A DNA stretch of 64,000 bases from the human T2T-CHM13v2.0 reference genome, Homo sapiens. Below the pieces are notes generated by a model that saw only the letters and a program-made list of their open reading frames with translations, ran no database searches and was not told where the DNA came from. The stretch's first letter is position 1, and each line of letters starts with the position of its first letter. The translations under genes and the position numbers were made by a program. Positions 1 through 18,642 of this stretch are shown piece by piece. Location of the stretch: the NCBI RefSeq assembly GCF_009914755.1, contig NC_060947.1, one strand, 5' to 3'.

Positions 1-2349
1 GGTTAGGCGAGTTTTGCCCTTTCTGGCTCATTTGTCTAAGAAAGAATTTGGTGACTTGACAAGTTTCTAGAAGTAGATGAATATTACTTGAGTGAATGCA
101 GCCAGAGGCAGTTAGCAAATTCTGACCACCATCATAGTTGTCACCCACTGAAATTGAAACTTGAGTCCAAATTTATACAAGTGGATTCACTTACGTGGTA
201 CAGAATTCACATGCTGTTTATTAACTATCACTGGGTCCTTTTTTCTGAACCCTGTACATTTTTGGATGGCATGATATTTTGGTAGTTGTAATCCTCTTGT
301 GACAGGTTATAAAAGCCAGTTAAAACTTTCTTGTTTTGTTCTAACTCAGTATACCCAGCTTTAATTGCAATGACGATTTTGATTCAAAAGACAAACTTCA
401 GGAAAGGAAGTGAAAAAGTCAGCAAGTCTGGAGAAGGTTGGAAGAGGGAGTGTGTGTAGGATGTGGGGAGAGAGAAAGACAGCAGATTCTTCTTCTTTTT
501 TAAAGGAATTATTCACTTCTAAATGAGACAGCTCATTTTAACTGCCCCGAATTTATGGGTCTAGCCATTGGGGGAAGATTATGTGTCTGGGGTTGTCTGG
601 GGAAAGAAGCTACCTGGCGGTCCAACATTCACGGTCAATTGTTATTACAGGTGTGGGAACTTGTTGCTGGCAATGAGAGAATTCCTAGGGCAGGAAATTC
701 AGATGGGGGTTGGTTCATTGATGGGGTGGTCAGGAGGCAGCCAAAGCCCTCTGCCAGTAATGGGTTTAGGTAGCTACTGGAGCTAGTATTTTCTGCTCTG
801 TAGTTTAGAAGGATGCCACAATCCAACATTTCTCTATAGAAATGCATGGCCTATTTCATGTATCCATTGACTTTATTTTGCCCAGCAGTTACACTCAAAT
901 AACAAGCAGGCAATATTTTCTTTATAGACAAATTGGCTTATACTGGGTTATAGTAATTAATAAGTTACATATATTACATAATCACATAATCAATAAGTTA
1001 CATAAATTAATAAGTACATATATTATATATATATATATGGATGGAGAAATTACTTTTTAAAAAACTTGTACCTATTTGTAATCCCACCAACCAAATGAGA
1101 GTTATTAGCTTGTTTTGAGAGATTCCAGCCAGGCCACTCTTACTTTGGAGGAGACCAGGGCATATTCCCCAAATTCTTTCCTTCTTTCCTTTCTTCCTTT
1201 ATCCCTCCCTCTTGCTGACAAACATTGACTGATCACATTCAAACACTGGACACAAAGTCTTCAATCACATTAGTCAGCATGTGTGGGAGAGTAAAAATAT
1301 CATATGTTCTCTTATTTTGTCTTCTTACATAATCCATATAAATATCATAGAAAATTCCAACATGCTGACTTTCAATCCCCCTTTCCCAGATGCTTTTCAC
1401 ATCTGGAAGTCACACAAATTCTTGTGTCAGACCATGCTCCTCAATTTTGCTCTGGAAATATTGTCACCATAACTGTGGGAGACAGAAACCGGCCATGTCT
1501 TTTCTTTAGCCTGACTGCCGCACTCATTAAATGGCTCTTCATCTTTTCTCCTCCTCAATGATGGCACTATGGTGCCTCCTCTTCACATCCCCACCCCCCA
1601 GCCTCAGGTTTAGGCAGTGAAGAGACAAGAGTGCATGGTTATGCAGTGGAACCTTTTAGTACCCTTCCTCCCTTACTTCAGACTCTGTATTGTATTAATG
1701 AGCTATTGTCATGGTGCTTTAAGAAGCCAGGATGAACAACAGCCTTCTTGTCAAGGAAAGTGACAGTCAATTAATGAAGGTTTTCTGTATTGTTTTAAGT
1801 AGGAAAGCCTCCAAATAGCTTTTCAATTGGTGAGAGGAACTTCAGAGCTCACCCTCGTTCCAGAATACTCTGACAAGTTTCAAATTATTAATGGACCTCT
1901 TTCAGGCCTCTGTAAATTTGGGCTTTTATAGTGTCTACTAAAGCCAAGCAAACTGCTCCAATAATTATAAGTTAATAAAACACATTGAGGTGTATATGAC
2001 ATGAAACATGATTAAAACACTCCCAGCCATATTGATCCCATATACAATAGGAACAGTTCAGGAATTCTGGCTGTGCCTCTTTCAAGTAGCCCAAAGTAAA
2101 ATTACACTGTATTTCAATTGTGGTTTTCATCTCCTTTCATGATTTTCCCCTCTTAGAAAAAAAGAGAAGGAGCAAATATTAGGATCATCAAGTTGATGAA
2201 TTAAAGAATCAAGATGCAATAGGCAGTGTATAAAGGTTTGTAGTGACCAGCTGTTGAAAGTGAAGCTCAAGTGCATTATAGTGGCATGTTCTTACGAATG
2301 TATCTTCTAATGCTTTTCTATATTTTAGTGACCTGTGAATGATTTAATG

Positions 2350-2562
2350 CAGTGGGTCTCAACAAGGGGTTATTTTTTCCCTGCAAAGGACATCTGGCAA
2401 TGTCTAGAACATTTTTGGTTACCACAACTCAGTGGGAGAAGAGTGTTACTGGCATCCACTGGGTAGAGGACAGAAATGCTGCTACACAATATGCAGGACA
2501 GCCTCCCACACTAAAGAATTACCGGCCCCAATTATCGATAATGCCAAGGTTGAGAAACTCTG
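2350..2562 (+). mobile_element. MER20 (hAT-Charlie DNA transposon relic)
   Basis: Ends CAGTGGGTCTCAAC...GTTGAGAAACTCTG and internal GGACATCTGGCAATGTCT and ACTGGCATCCACTGGGTAGAGG resemble the MER20 consensus. Confidence 0.88.
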
Positions 2563-2640
2563 ATTTATGTACATCCAATTCAGTTTGTTGGATTCAAAGT
2601 CCATATTTAAATAATTATTTCAAGCATTATCAGCAGTGAC

Positions 2641-3727
<1,087 letters not shown>

Positions 3728-3742
3728 GCCCGGCCTAGTTCA

Positions 3743-3798
3743 CTGTGCTTTAAATCTTCCAGGTGTTGCTGATAACATGCCCAAATTCAAAACCACTG
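3743..3798 (+). mobile_element. Second MER5-family 3' end fragment
   Basis: CTGTGCTTTAA...TCCAGGTG...AAAACCACTG resembles a MER5 terminus. Confidence 0.5.
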
Positions 3799-3826
3799 CT
3801 TTAGCTGAAAAGTGGTAGAGAGATAG

Positions 3827-4154
<328 letters not shown>

Positions 4155-5590
4155 AAAGAGAATTTTTAAAGGAAGTTCTAGGTTTGCACTACTCAACAAC
4201 AAACCAAGACAACCCTTTAACCTCAACAACTTTAACTAAAGATATAAAGTTTGGGTTGGAGTTTCACTTTGAGTCTCACAGATGTGTAGAGTTCAAGCCC
4301 ACTAGTTGAGATGGTCCAAAGAGGTTCAGAACTTAAGTGTTGTCATGTAGTAAGTGCCAGGCCAGGGAGAGATGGGGCACCCTCTCTTGATGAAGTACTC
4401 CGGGCATGTTTACTCTTTTCATGATAAAGAGGGCTGTAGCTAATTCTTCCTATCACCTCCAAATTTATCTCAATCTCAAGCTTTGAAGAAATATCATCAG
4501 GTATGTCAGTATTTACGTGCCCTATGACAGCGGGACTGAGAACATGGAGGAAAGCAAATGTCCTGTTTCCAGTTACCACTGCAGCACCATTAAAGCACCT
4601 CTGCTTTAATCATCCATTCTTCGACTGTATTCAGAACACTTGGAATTTTACACTCTGGCAGAATTCCCTCTTACAGGCTCCATAGCAAGATGCTTTTCCT
4701 TTGCATGTTCAAAAAACTATTCTTAAAAGAAAACAAAAATACAATTGAAAGGTGGGGAGAAAGCCTTCTTTGTGCTGGTCATTTGGAATGCAAACAATCA
4801 GAAATGTTCATTAGCATGCCAGCAGCCCAGGCCCCTGCAAGAAGCATGCTTTCCTGGAGGCACAGCTTAGAGCGAAGCCTGGGTTAAAGTTGAGTGGGAG
4901 AGAGTATTGAGGACCCTCAATCCCAAAGGGAGCCCTAAATCCTGTGGCTGTTGAGCCTGGAAACTTATATAGCTCACTGTGGCCTGTGTGCCAAAATCAA
5001 GAACTCCTCTTCTAAAAGATTCATCTTTGACAGTTGCTGATCTTGTGTAGCACTAGCAGAGCCTCTTTAAAATTCGTGTGAGATCTACTTTTGTTAATCG
5101 AATCTGGAACATTTTAATATGCTTTGCATTTCAATTGTATTAGCAGTATTTCTTATTTAACTGTAGCTCATGCTTACTGATAGCCATGGATAAAAGTAAG
5201 TCACATGTAGCATGCCAATTGTCTCATTTGATAATACTCCAAACATAACGAAAAGAGAATGAAAATGAAGCAACGTCTGGTAGGGCTTGAAAATATTTTA
5301 TATCCAAGGAGCCTGCCAAAATGTTAACATAAGGGAACAATATCATCAGACAAAAGAAAAAATAACTACTAAAGCAACTAGTGACAATATGTAGAATGCC
5401 GAGCTTTGTTTAAAAAAATAAAATTCTACCACTAACATACAACAATTTCAAAAAGTGTTTATTGTTCTAATTTCACTCCAATCAAGACATAATATTTCCT
5501 TTTGTATACTGTACATATTGCAGTTTTTTAAAGAAATAATTTAATTGGCATGCAATAGAAAGTTATTCTCTTCTTAAAAATGAAGTTGGG

Positions 5591-6617
5591 AGGGTGGAGC
5601 CAAGATGGCCAAATAGGAACAGCTCCAGTCTACAGCTCCCAGCATGAGCAACGCAGAAGACGAATGATTTCTGCATTTCCAACTGAGGTACCAGGTGCAT
5701 CTCACTGGGGATTGTTGGACAGTGGGTGCAGGACAGTGGGTGCAGTGCACCGAGCCTGAGCTGAAGCAGGGCGAGGCATCACCTCACCCGGGAAGCGCAA
5801 GGGGTTGGGGAATTCCCTTTCCTAGCCAAGGAAAGGGGTGACTGATGGCACCTGGAAAATCGGGTTACTCCCACCCTAATACTGTGCTTTTCCAATGGTC
5901 TTAGCAAACGGCACACCAGGAGATTATATCCCATGCCTGGCTCGGAGGGTCCTACGCCCACGGAGCCTCACTCATTGCTAGCACAGCAGTCTGAGATCAA
6001 ACTGCAAGGTGGCAGCGAGGCTGGGGGAGGGGCGCCTGTCATTGCTGAGGCTTGAGTAGGTAAACAAAGCAGTCAAGAAACTCGAACTGGGTGGAGCCCA
6101 CCGCAGCTCAAGGAGGCCTGCTTGCCTCTGTAGACTCCACCTCTAGGGGCAGGGCATAGCCAAACAAAAGGCAGTAGAAACCTCTGCAGACTTAAATGTC
6201 CCTGTCTGACAGCTTTGAAGAGAGTAGCGGTTCTCCCAGCGCACAGCTTGAGATCTGAGAACGGACAGACTGCCTCCTCAAGTGGGTCCTTGACCCCCAA
6301 GTAGCCTAACTGGGAGGCACCCCCCAGTAGGGGCAGACTGACACCTCACACAGCCAGGTACTCCTCTGAGACAAAACTTCCAGAGGAGCGATCAGGCAGC
6401 AACATTTGCTGTTCACCAATATCCACTGTTCTGCAGCCTCTGCTGCTGATACCCAGGCAAACAGGATCTGGAGTGGACCTCCAGCAAACTCCAACAGACC
6501 TGCAGCTGAGGGTCCTGTCTGTTAGAAGGAAAACTAACAAACAGAAAGGACATCCACACCAAAACCCCATCTGTACGTCACCATCATCAAAGACCAAAGG
6601 TAGATAAAACCACAAAG
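5591..6617 (+). promoter_or_regulatory. L1 5'UTR (internal sense and antisense promoter region) with YY1 site and ZNF93-target segment
   Basis: YY1 motif CAAGATGGCC at 5601-5610; segment ~6361-6490 (CTCTGAGACAAAACTTCC...CCAGCAAACT) is the region deleted in younger L1PA3/L1HS; many CpGs decayed. Confidence 0.85.
5779..6042 (-). pseudogene. L1 ORF0 homolog with premature stop
   Basis: ATG at 6042 reads MTGAPPPASLPPCSLISDCCASNE, then TGA at codon 25 (5970-5968); the frame continues VGVGPSEPG...IRVGVTRFSRC as in ORF0. Confidence 0.8.
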
Positions 6618-7633
6618 ATGGGGAAAAAACAGAGCAGAAAAACTGAAAAATCTAAAAATCAAGCACCTCTCCTCCTACAAAGGAATGCGGCTCCTCACCA
6701 GCAATGGAACAAAGCTGCATGGAGAATGATTTTGACGAGTTGAGAGAAGAAGGCTTCAGACGATCAGACTACTCCGACCTAAAGGAGGAAGTTCGAACCC
6801 ATGGCAAAAAAGTTAAAAACCTTGAAAAAAGATTAGACGAATGGCTGACTAGAATAACCAATGCAGAGAAGTCCTTAAAGGACCTGATGGAGCTGAAAAC
6901 CACGGCATGAGATCTACGTGATGAATGCACAAGCCTCAGCAGCTGATTTGATCAACTGGAAGAAAGGGTATCAGTGATGGAAGATCAAATGAATGAAATG
7001 AAGTGAGAAGAGAAGTTTAGAGAAAAAAGAATAAAAAGAAATGAACAAAGCCTCCAAGAAACATGGGACTATGTGAAAAGACCAAATCTACATCTGATTG
7101 GTGTACCTGAAAGTGACGGGGAGAATGGAACCAAGTTGGAAAACACTCTGCAGGATATTATCCAGGAGAACTTCCCCAATCTAGCAAGGCAGGCCAACAT
7201 TCAAATTCAGGAAATACAGAGAATGCCACAAAGATACTCCTCGAGAAGAGCAACTCCAAGACACATAATTGTCAGATTCACCAAAGTTGAAATGAAGGAA
7301 AAAACGTTAAGGGCAGCCAGAGAGAAAGGTCGGGTTACCCACAAAGGGAAGCCCATCAAACTAACAGCTGATCTCTCGGCAGAAACTCTACAAGCCAGAA
7401 GAGTGTGGGGGCCAATATTCAACATTCTTAAAGAAAAGAATTTTCAACCCAGAATTTCATATCCAGCCAAACTAAGCTTCACAAGTGAAGGAGAAATAAA
7501 ACCCTTTACAGACAAGCAAATGCTGAGAGATTTTGTCACCACCAGGCCTGCCCTAAAAGAGCTCCTGAAGGAAGCACTAAACATGGAAAGGAAAAACCGG
7601 TACCAGCCACTGCAAAAACATGCCAAATTGTAA
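6618..7633 (+). pseudogene. L1 ORF1p (RNA-binding chaperone), disrupted
   Basis: MGKKQSRK start; frameshift before 6704; in-frame TGA at 6908, 6944 and 7004 (CGA>TGA type); C-terminal part intact (RPNLHLIGVPE, YPAKLS, PLQKHAKL). Confidence 0.95.
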
Positions 7634-7696
7634 AGACCATCAAGGCTAGGAAGAAACTGCATCAACTAACGAGCAAAATAACCAGCTAATATCATT

Positions 7697-11523
<3,827 letters not shown>

Positions 11524-11910
11524 ACAATGAGAACACATGGACACAGGAAGGGGAACATCACACACCAGGGCCTGTTGTGGGGTGGGGGGAGGCGGGAGGG
11601 ATAGCATTAGGAGATATACCTAATGTTAAATGACGAGTTAATGGGTGCAGCACGCCAACATGGCACATGTATACATATGTAACAAACCTGCCCGTGGTGC
11701 ATATGTACCCTAAAACTTAAAGTATAATAAAAAAAAGAAAAATAAATAAAGAAAAATGAAGTTGGGTGTTAAGGGGTTTTCTTGTGTTAAACAGAATATT
11801 TTCCATACATATGTGTGTATGTGAATAGATATATTTCTCTGTATGTAATCAGAACTAGAGGTCAACTTTCTCTAGTGTGAATTAAAGAGTAATTAATACA
11901 ATACTGTATC

Positions 11911-11942
11911 CTTTGGGTCCTTTGGATTCCAAAGGACCAAAG
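11911..11942. repeat. Near-perfect palindrome
   Basis: GGTCCTTTGGA-T-TCCAAAGGACC (11916-11938), extendable to CTTT/AAAG with one bulge. Confidence 0.9.
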
Positions 11943-12316
11943 AAGCTGAGGAATAACAGATTTAAGAGGTTTGGATGTTGCAAACTCAGATAAATTCATA
12001 TAAAGTGTAATTTTGTGGGTTTCTCACTTATCAGATCTAAAGACACAGCATTCTTTGCTAATGTTTCAGTAACATTCAACTATCAATAAGTATTTTCTAT
12101 GGTCATTCTGTGCCGAAAACACAGAATCAAATTTCTCCCACCTACAGTACAATCTGGAATGTGAGGATTGTGGGGGCAAAAAACTTCCTTAACAAATGAT
12201 GCTAGCAAAAACCAATAATTGTTTTCTCGGGCAAAAGGGATTTAAATCTAAAAAAAAAAAAAAAACTTTCTGAAAATTAAAGCTAAATCATTAGTTTTGC
12301 ACTCAATAAAGAATAC

Positions 12317-12465
12317 AGCCAAGCATGGTGGCTTGTGCCTATAATCCCAGATATTTGAGAGGCTGAGGTGGGAAGATCGCTTGAGGCCAGGAGTTTAAGA
12401 CCAGGCTGGGCAACATAGCAAGATTACTGTCACTACAAAAAGAGAAGAAAAGAAAGAAGAAGACG
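12317..12465 (+). mobile_element. FLAM (free left Alu monomer)
   Basis: Single Alu-like monomer followed by an A/G-rich tail, no right arm. Confidence 0.88.
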
Positions 12466-13493
12466 ACCTTCTTCTGCAGGGTACAGGCTTGCTTTTTGGG
12501 AGATTATGTGTAGAAATATTTCCAAACTGCCACCAACATAGTTCTTTGGCCATCTCCTTATATCTCTGAATGAATGTGTGATTAGAAAAAGCATTTTTAT
12601 GTTATCCTATGCTAAGTATAATTTTAAAAGCAAGCATATGGCTGCAAAAAAAAAAATCACTTAATAGATGATGCTACTTATCCAGAGGTTGGGAGACAGG
12701 AGACATAAATTTCTCTAAAGCTTCTTCTAGTTCTAACATTTTCTTTTTCTGTGTAAAACAATCTCCCCCACTACCTTATTCTACTGGTGTGCATGTTGAT
12801 ATTATAAAGACACGGCAAATTATTGAAATTTGAGTCTCAAAAATGCATCTAAGGATATGAGATGTGCCTGGATATTTAGCAATGCTGGCTACTTACTTGT
12901 TATAAATCATCTAGAGATATTACAACTTTAAATAGTCCCCAAGGGCAAAAATGGCCATTCCAGTGGGGGAAAGCAAAAATCTAAGACAAATAGGAATTAG
13001 TCAATCGTTTCTCCCCAACCAAACCAGTGATGAAAGCTACAAAAAATACCTTCCCTGGTTGAGAAACATCCCGTCATTTAAATTGCTGGGTTAATGAATA
13101 TCGGCCTTCAAGAGGAAAATTGAAATGTATTTTATCACAGACTAGTTTATGGATGTGTGTGTTTATGATATCAGCAGAAATTTCTGAGATGACTGAAGAA
13201 CTAGCTCAGGAAATGGCCAAGAACAAAGGGAGACGAGGCCATCAGAAACCCAAGCCAAATCATGTCCTGAAATTTAAGTTTCCGGGCAGAATCCTCTCTT
13301 GCAATTGCTGACATTGGGAGCCCCGGTCGGAACTGCAGAAGCTGCTGCCTCTAGAAAGTTTAAGTATCTTTTTCTTGCTAGGTTTGTTATTATTACTATT
13401 TTTTCTTATCAGAGAGGTTGTGTCTCATGGTTGAGAATTTAAAGAACCTCTTTGCTGAAGTTATGGGTACGTCCAGTACCGATGGAGGTATAA

Positions 13494-13512
13494 TGGTGCC
13501 CTCTGCTGGGAA
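13494..13512 (-). promoter_or_regulatory. Candidate CTCF binding site
   Basis: Minus strand reads CCAGCAGAGGGCAC, an exact fit to CCASYAGRKGGCRS, in unique sequence. Confidence 0.65.
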
Positions 13513-14079
13513 GAGTCAGTAATGCTACCCAGTGAGTTTTCTACTGGGCCTGAAGTAATTTTAGGTGCTGGTGGAGGGATGTCAAGGGTGTTTCTGGAAC
13601 AAAAAGTTCCGAGAAGTACTCTGCAAAAAAGTAGTTACAAAACCCCAAACCACATGAAATTAGCTTGATTCTGAGTTGACAGTGGAATCTGAAACCAGCT
13701 GTATTTCATCCTAAAATGTTAGCGCTATAAACCCTTCATCAAACCTGGAGACAATTATTTTCTCACTATCTGGACAAGACCACATTTCCAGCGGCTGAAT
13801 TTTTCCAGGGCCGACTTTGCCTTCCCATTTTCCTTTTGTAGAGCTCCCCTCTTGCAGACTTGCATAAACAAGCCTCACTCAAGAATGAAAGATGCTATGA
13901 GGCTGAGCCCCCATATGACATTCTGTAATTTTGCTATTAAGAATCATAAAAGGAATTTGTCACAAAAAGTACACACCACACTGACATGCCTTGGCTCCTT
14001 AGAAATGCATAGTAAGGCCAAATATCGATTTTTAAAATGTCATTTCAGGAAGTTCAGGAAAACTGCACTATTTCACTAA

Positions 14080-14368
<289 letters not shown>

Positions 14369-14588
14369 TAAAGATGTAGTTTCTTACTTCATTTACCAGT
14401 TCTGGATCCGCAGCCGAAATATTTAAACCATCTGTAACTTAAAGTAGCTAAAAAATAACTAAAGGGCAGTAAAAGGAGACTGTAGCCATGTATTGCATGC
14501 TAATTGCACTTCTAGTCAAAAGCATACTGTTGGCTGGACCATCTTCAGTGGCATCTTACTCTGTAAGATATTAGGGAAACATCTGTTT

Positions 14589-14888
14589 ATTGTTATTCAT
14601 TTATTTTGTTGAGACAGGGTCTCTCTCTGTTGCCCAGGCTGGAGTGCAGTGGTATTATCTCGGCTCACTGCAGCCTCAACCTACCGGGTTCAAGCATCAG
14701 CCACCTCAGCTTCCCGAGTAGCTGGGGCTATAGGCACGCACCACCACACCCGGTAATTTTTTGTATTTTGTAGAGACGGGATTTCACCTTGTTGCCCAGG
14801 CTGGTCTCAAACTCCTGGGCTCAAATGATCTATCTGCCTCAGCCTCCCAAAGTGTTGGAATTATGGGTGTGAGCCATTGGGCCTCAGC
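14589..14888 (-). mobile_element. AluJ
   Basis: Dimeric Alu with J diagnostics (GAGACAGGGTCTC, CTCCTGGGCTCAA). Confidence 0.93.
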
Positions 14889-14949
14889 ATGTTGTTTTTG
14901 AGTGTTGTCAGAGTAAGATGCTGGGTTTTCCAGGGAAGCCAGTGATGTC

Positions 14950-15180
14950 TATCTAAAGTATGATGTTCATCTTGAAGGAGCTTATAATCTAAGAAAGGAG
15001 AGAAGACATGTATGGGAATGATGAGAATTGATTATAGCATATGCAGCTGACTATAGTAATTCAATAAAAGAGACCTGGATTCTCTGTAGTTTAGAGGATG
15101 AGGGCAAGATCTTTCCCAACCGGAAAAAACTCTAAATGCCTCTTGGATGGGGTGTCACTTGAGCTGGGACTTTCAAGTAG
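14950..15180 (-). mobile_element. L2 relic
   Basis: TCTTGAAGGAGCTTATAATCTAAG...GAGAAGACATG and CTTGAGCTGGGACTT resemble reverse L2 3' region. Confidence 0.45.
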
Positions 15181-16106
15181 ATTTTTAAGTACTTATTTCT
15201 CTTTGGAAAAATAGAAAGATAAATAAAATAAATAGATGAGCTTTTCCTTTTTGCCATCTGGCCCACCTTGTGGTTTTACTGTTTTATCTTAGTTACCTTG
15301 GTTGATTTTGAGGTTTTAATCATAGGATTCCAATGCTCTTTTACTCAACATGGAGAAAACCATTTGTTTGGGGATTGATTTGTACAATGTATTCTGCAAT
15401 ACTTTAGATTCTAAAGAATGAGGGCGAATTTTTAAAAATTGGGGACAGGTTCAATTTGTGTGTCTCTCTGCAAACCTCGTTCAAGATGTCAGATGAAACC
15501 TGTGGGGGTATTAGCTTTCTAAAGGTGTTGTTCCATTATGCTCTAGCCTTATAGTTATTAGTTCAGAACAATGGGTCTGAACTCCAAAACTGTAGCACTG
15601 CACATTTCCCTGCAAAGAGGGACAATTATGTCATTGGAATACAGAAGAAAACAGCACTTTTTTCTCCTCCCAGGAATGATGTCACTGTGACACTAAGAGT
15701 AGCAAATTCCTATCTAGAAATCCAACTGTGTTCACTTCAGAGCACTAAAGAAGCTCAGTGAATAAAATCAGGTGCCAGTCAAAAGCTATACTTCTTTGTA
15801 CCGCTAGGTGAAGATTGCATCTCTCAATTTCCCCAAGGGCTTTCCCAGTAAACACTCCCCTTAAAAGATTCGGTTTTGATGAAAGAAAAGAGAACACAAT
15901 AGTATTCTCTAAGATATGATTTAAAAATTATAAATATATTTTTCCCGAGGGAAAAAACTGCATGTAACCATTTTTTAAATTGACTTTTAAAAGATATTGG
16001 CCATGTTACATATTCTATATTAAAAGATTAGTAAATTAAAAAAAATCTGTGTACATTACTGAACATAACCACAATACATACTTAGGGTCAATATGCTTAG
16101 AAAAAA

Positions 16107-16416
<310 letters not shown>

Positions 16417-17640
16417 CTTGGTGCACAAAAGAAATAATACAGACAATAAACTTGGCTGAGTACCCAAATAAGTTTTCTTTCCTTCACTGTCTCATAGTTA
16501 CTCTTAAGATGTTCTATATTTCTTGACCTAAGCCTCCTCAATTCTAATGGAACAAGGTAGAAGTTTTTTTCTTTTAAAAGCCACTATGTATTTTAAGCGT
16601 CTGATGGTAGGTAAGGCTGTGTAAATAAGACATATAGTAAATTATACGTTCTGAGATTTTTCTTTTAGCCTTATTTTATCTAAGCCAGATTTCTCACTGG
16701 ATATTTACATCAGACCCAGTAAGTAGACACACTCTGGATATCAACTAAGCAGGATTTGTCATTCTTTACAAATTGATAAATTTGGCACACTCTGTATGAT
16801 ATAATTAACAACAATTTCTTTTATTATTTTCAGAAGCTAAACATCTAATTCTCTGTGAGGGCAAAGCAGTAAACATTTAATCTAAATTATTTACATGTGC
16901 TTTGTGAGAAAATCAAAATAAAAAAAGAGGCATTTCTGACGGTACAGGTTTTATGACTCAGGTTAAGATAAAAGGTTGGGGATTTTAGGTATTCAGTCTG
17001 TAGCATAAAATTTAGTTGAGTGTTTCTTTCTCTGAGGAAAAAAAAAAACAGAATAAGAGATACATCTGACTAAAAATTATAGCCAGTCCTGGTTGAATGA
17101 AACTACTGTCTGGCAGAATTTATGAGAGCAAAATAAAATTGTATGAGTGACAATTGGCTTTAGAAAAGGATGGCATAACAGAACCAAGTCCAAGAACAGC
17201 AGGGTTTACCTTTGCCCTCATTTCCCATCTTAAGAACTGTGGTGGTATCACATGTTTCCAACTTGAGCGTCCTGGTCCTTGTAACCACTATACTTCAGCA
17301 TTCTGGCAACTCGCTGACCCACATTTTTGGTGGCCAAACTGTGGTTAGTGTGGGCCAAGGAGCCATGAACTGCTGACTAAACTCTTTCTGAAGCTTGTGG
17401 CTACACAGGAATCAGTGGGCAAAGATTGCATTCCTCTTTTCTGCCTGTGGCGTATGACAAAGTGGGACTGGGAAGGGCTACAGCTAGCAAATATTCCAAG
17501 ACTACTTTCTTGATTCAGATGGAATGCTCTGAAGAGCTGAAGCAAAGAACAAAGTCTTCAGTCAAATCTCCATTTATGTAATGTCTCTGTTATATGGCAG
17601 AATGAAGACCCATGCTGTTTCTATCTCATCATGATTTTTA

Positions 17641-17964
<324 letters not shown>

Positions 17965-18117
17965 TAAATTCTTCCCTTTGAATTATAAAGGATTAGTCCA
18001 TCAGAGCTATGTATAGATGCAAATTAAATGAAACATTTGTCTTAACTCTGCTAAATTAGAGGGAACTTCGCAATTTTTTTTCAAGACTTGAGAGAATCAT
18101 CATTCTAATATCCAAAG

Positions 18118-18310
18118 CAGTGATTCTCAAAGTGTGGTCCCTGAACCAGCAGTAGCAGCAGGAAGGGAGGGAGAGAGAGCAAGGATGCATAGAAATGCAG
18201 ATTCCCAGACTCTAACTGACTTCTACTGAATCTGAGCTCTGAGGCCAGCAACCTGCATTTTAATAAGCCTTCCATGGGATGCTCTTGAATGCTCAATTTG
18301 AGAACCACTG
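18118..18310 (+). mobile_element. MER5A, complete with TIRs
   Basis: CAGTGATTCTCAAA...TTTGAGAACCACTG; 8-bp TSD ATC(C/T)AAAG at 18110-18117 and 18311-18318. Confidence 0.9.
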
Positions 18311-18600
18311 ATCTAAAGAACCCTTGCAGGGGTGACTTCTGTGAGAATAAGCAGTGCTGGCCTTTCCTGGGAAATGTGCAGCTTGCTATGTGTTATCAGG
18401 GACACTTCAACTTTGTATTTTGCCCATGAAATCGTAACACTCTAGTTTAGATGAAGAAAATAAGTGATCTGCCACCTCAAATTCTATTAGTTGACTTGTT
18501 CAAACTTGAATTCCGAAATATTTTCTTAAAACCCCAAAGCACAAAATGTAATTTGTATTATTGAGTGGTTCTTTGGACCATCTTCTGCACATGGTAACTG

Positions 18601-18642
18601 GTTTCTGTGTAAGTGAAGTGTTTCTGTGTAAGTGAAGTGTTT
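18601..18642. repeat. 19-bp tandem duplication
   Basis: GTTTCTGTGTAAGTGAAGT twice, exact, followed by GTTT. Confidence 0.95.
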
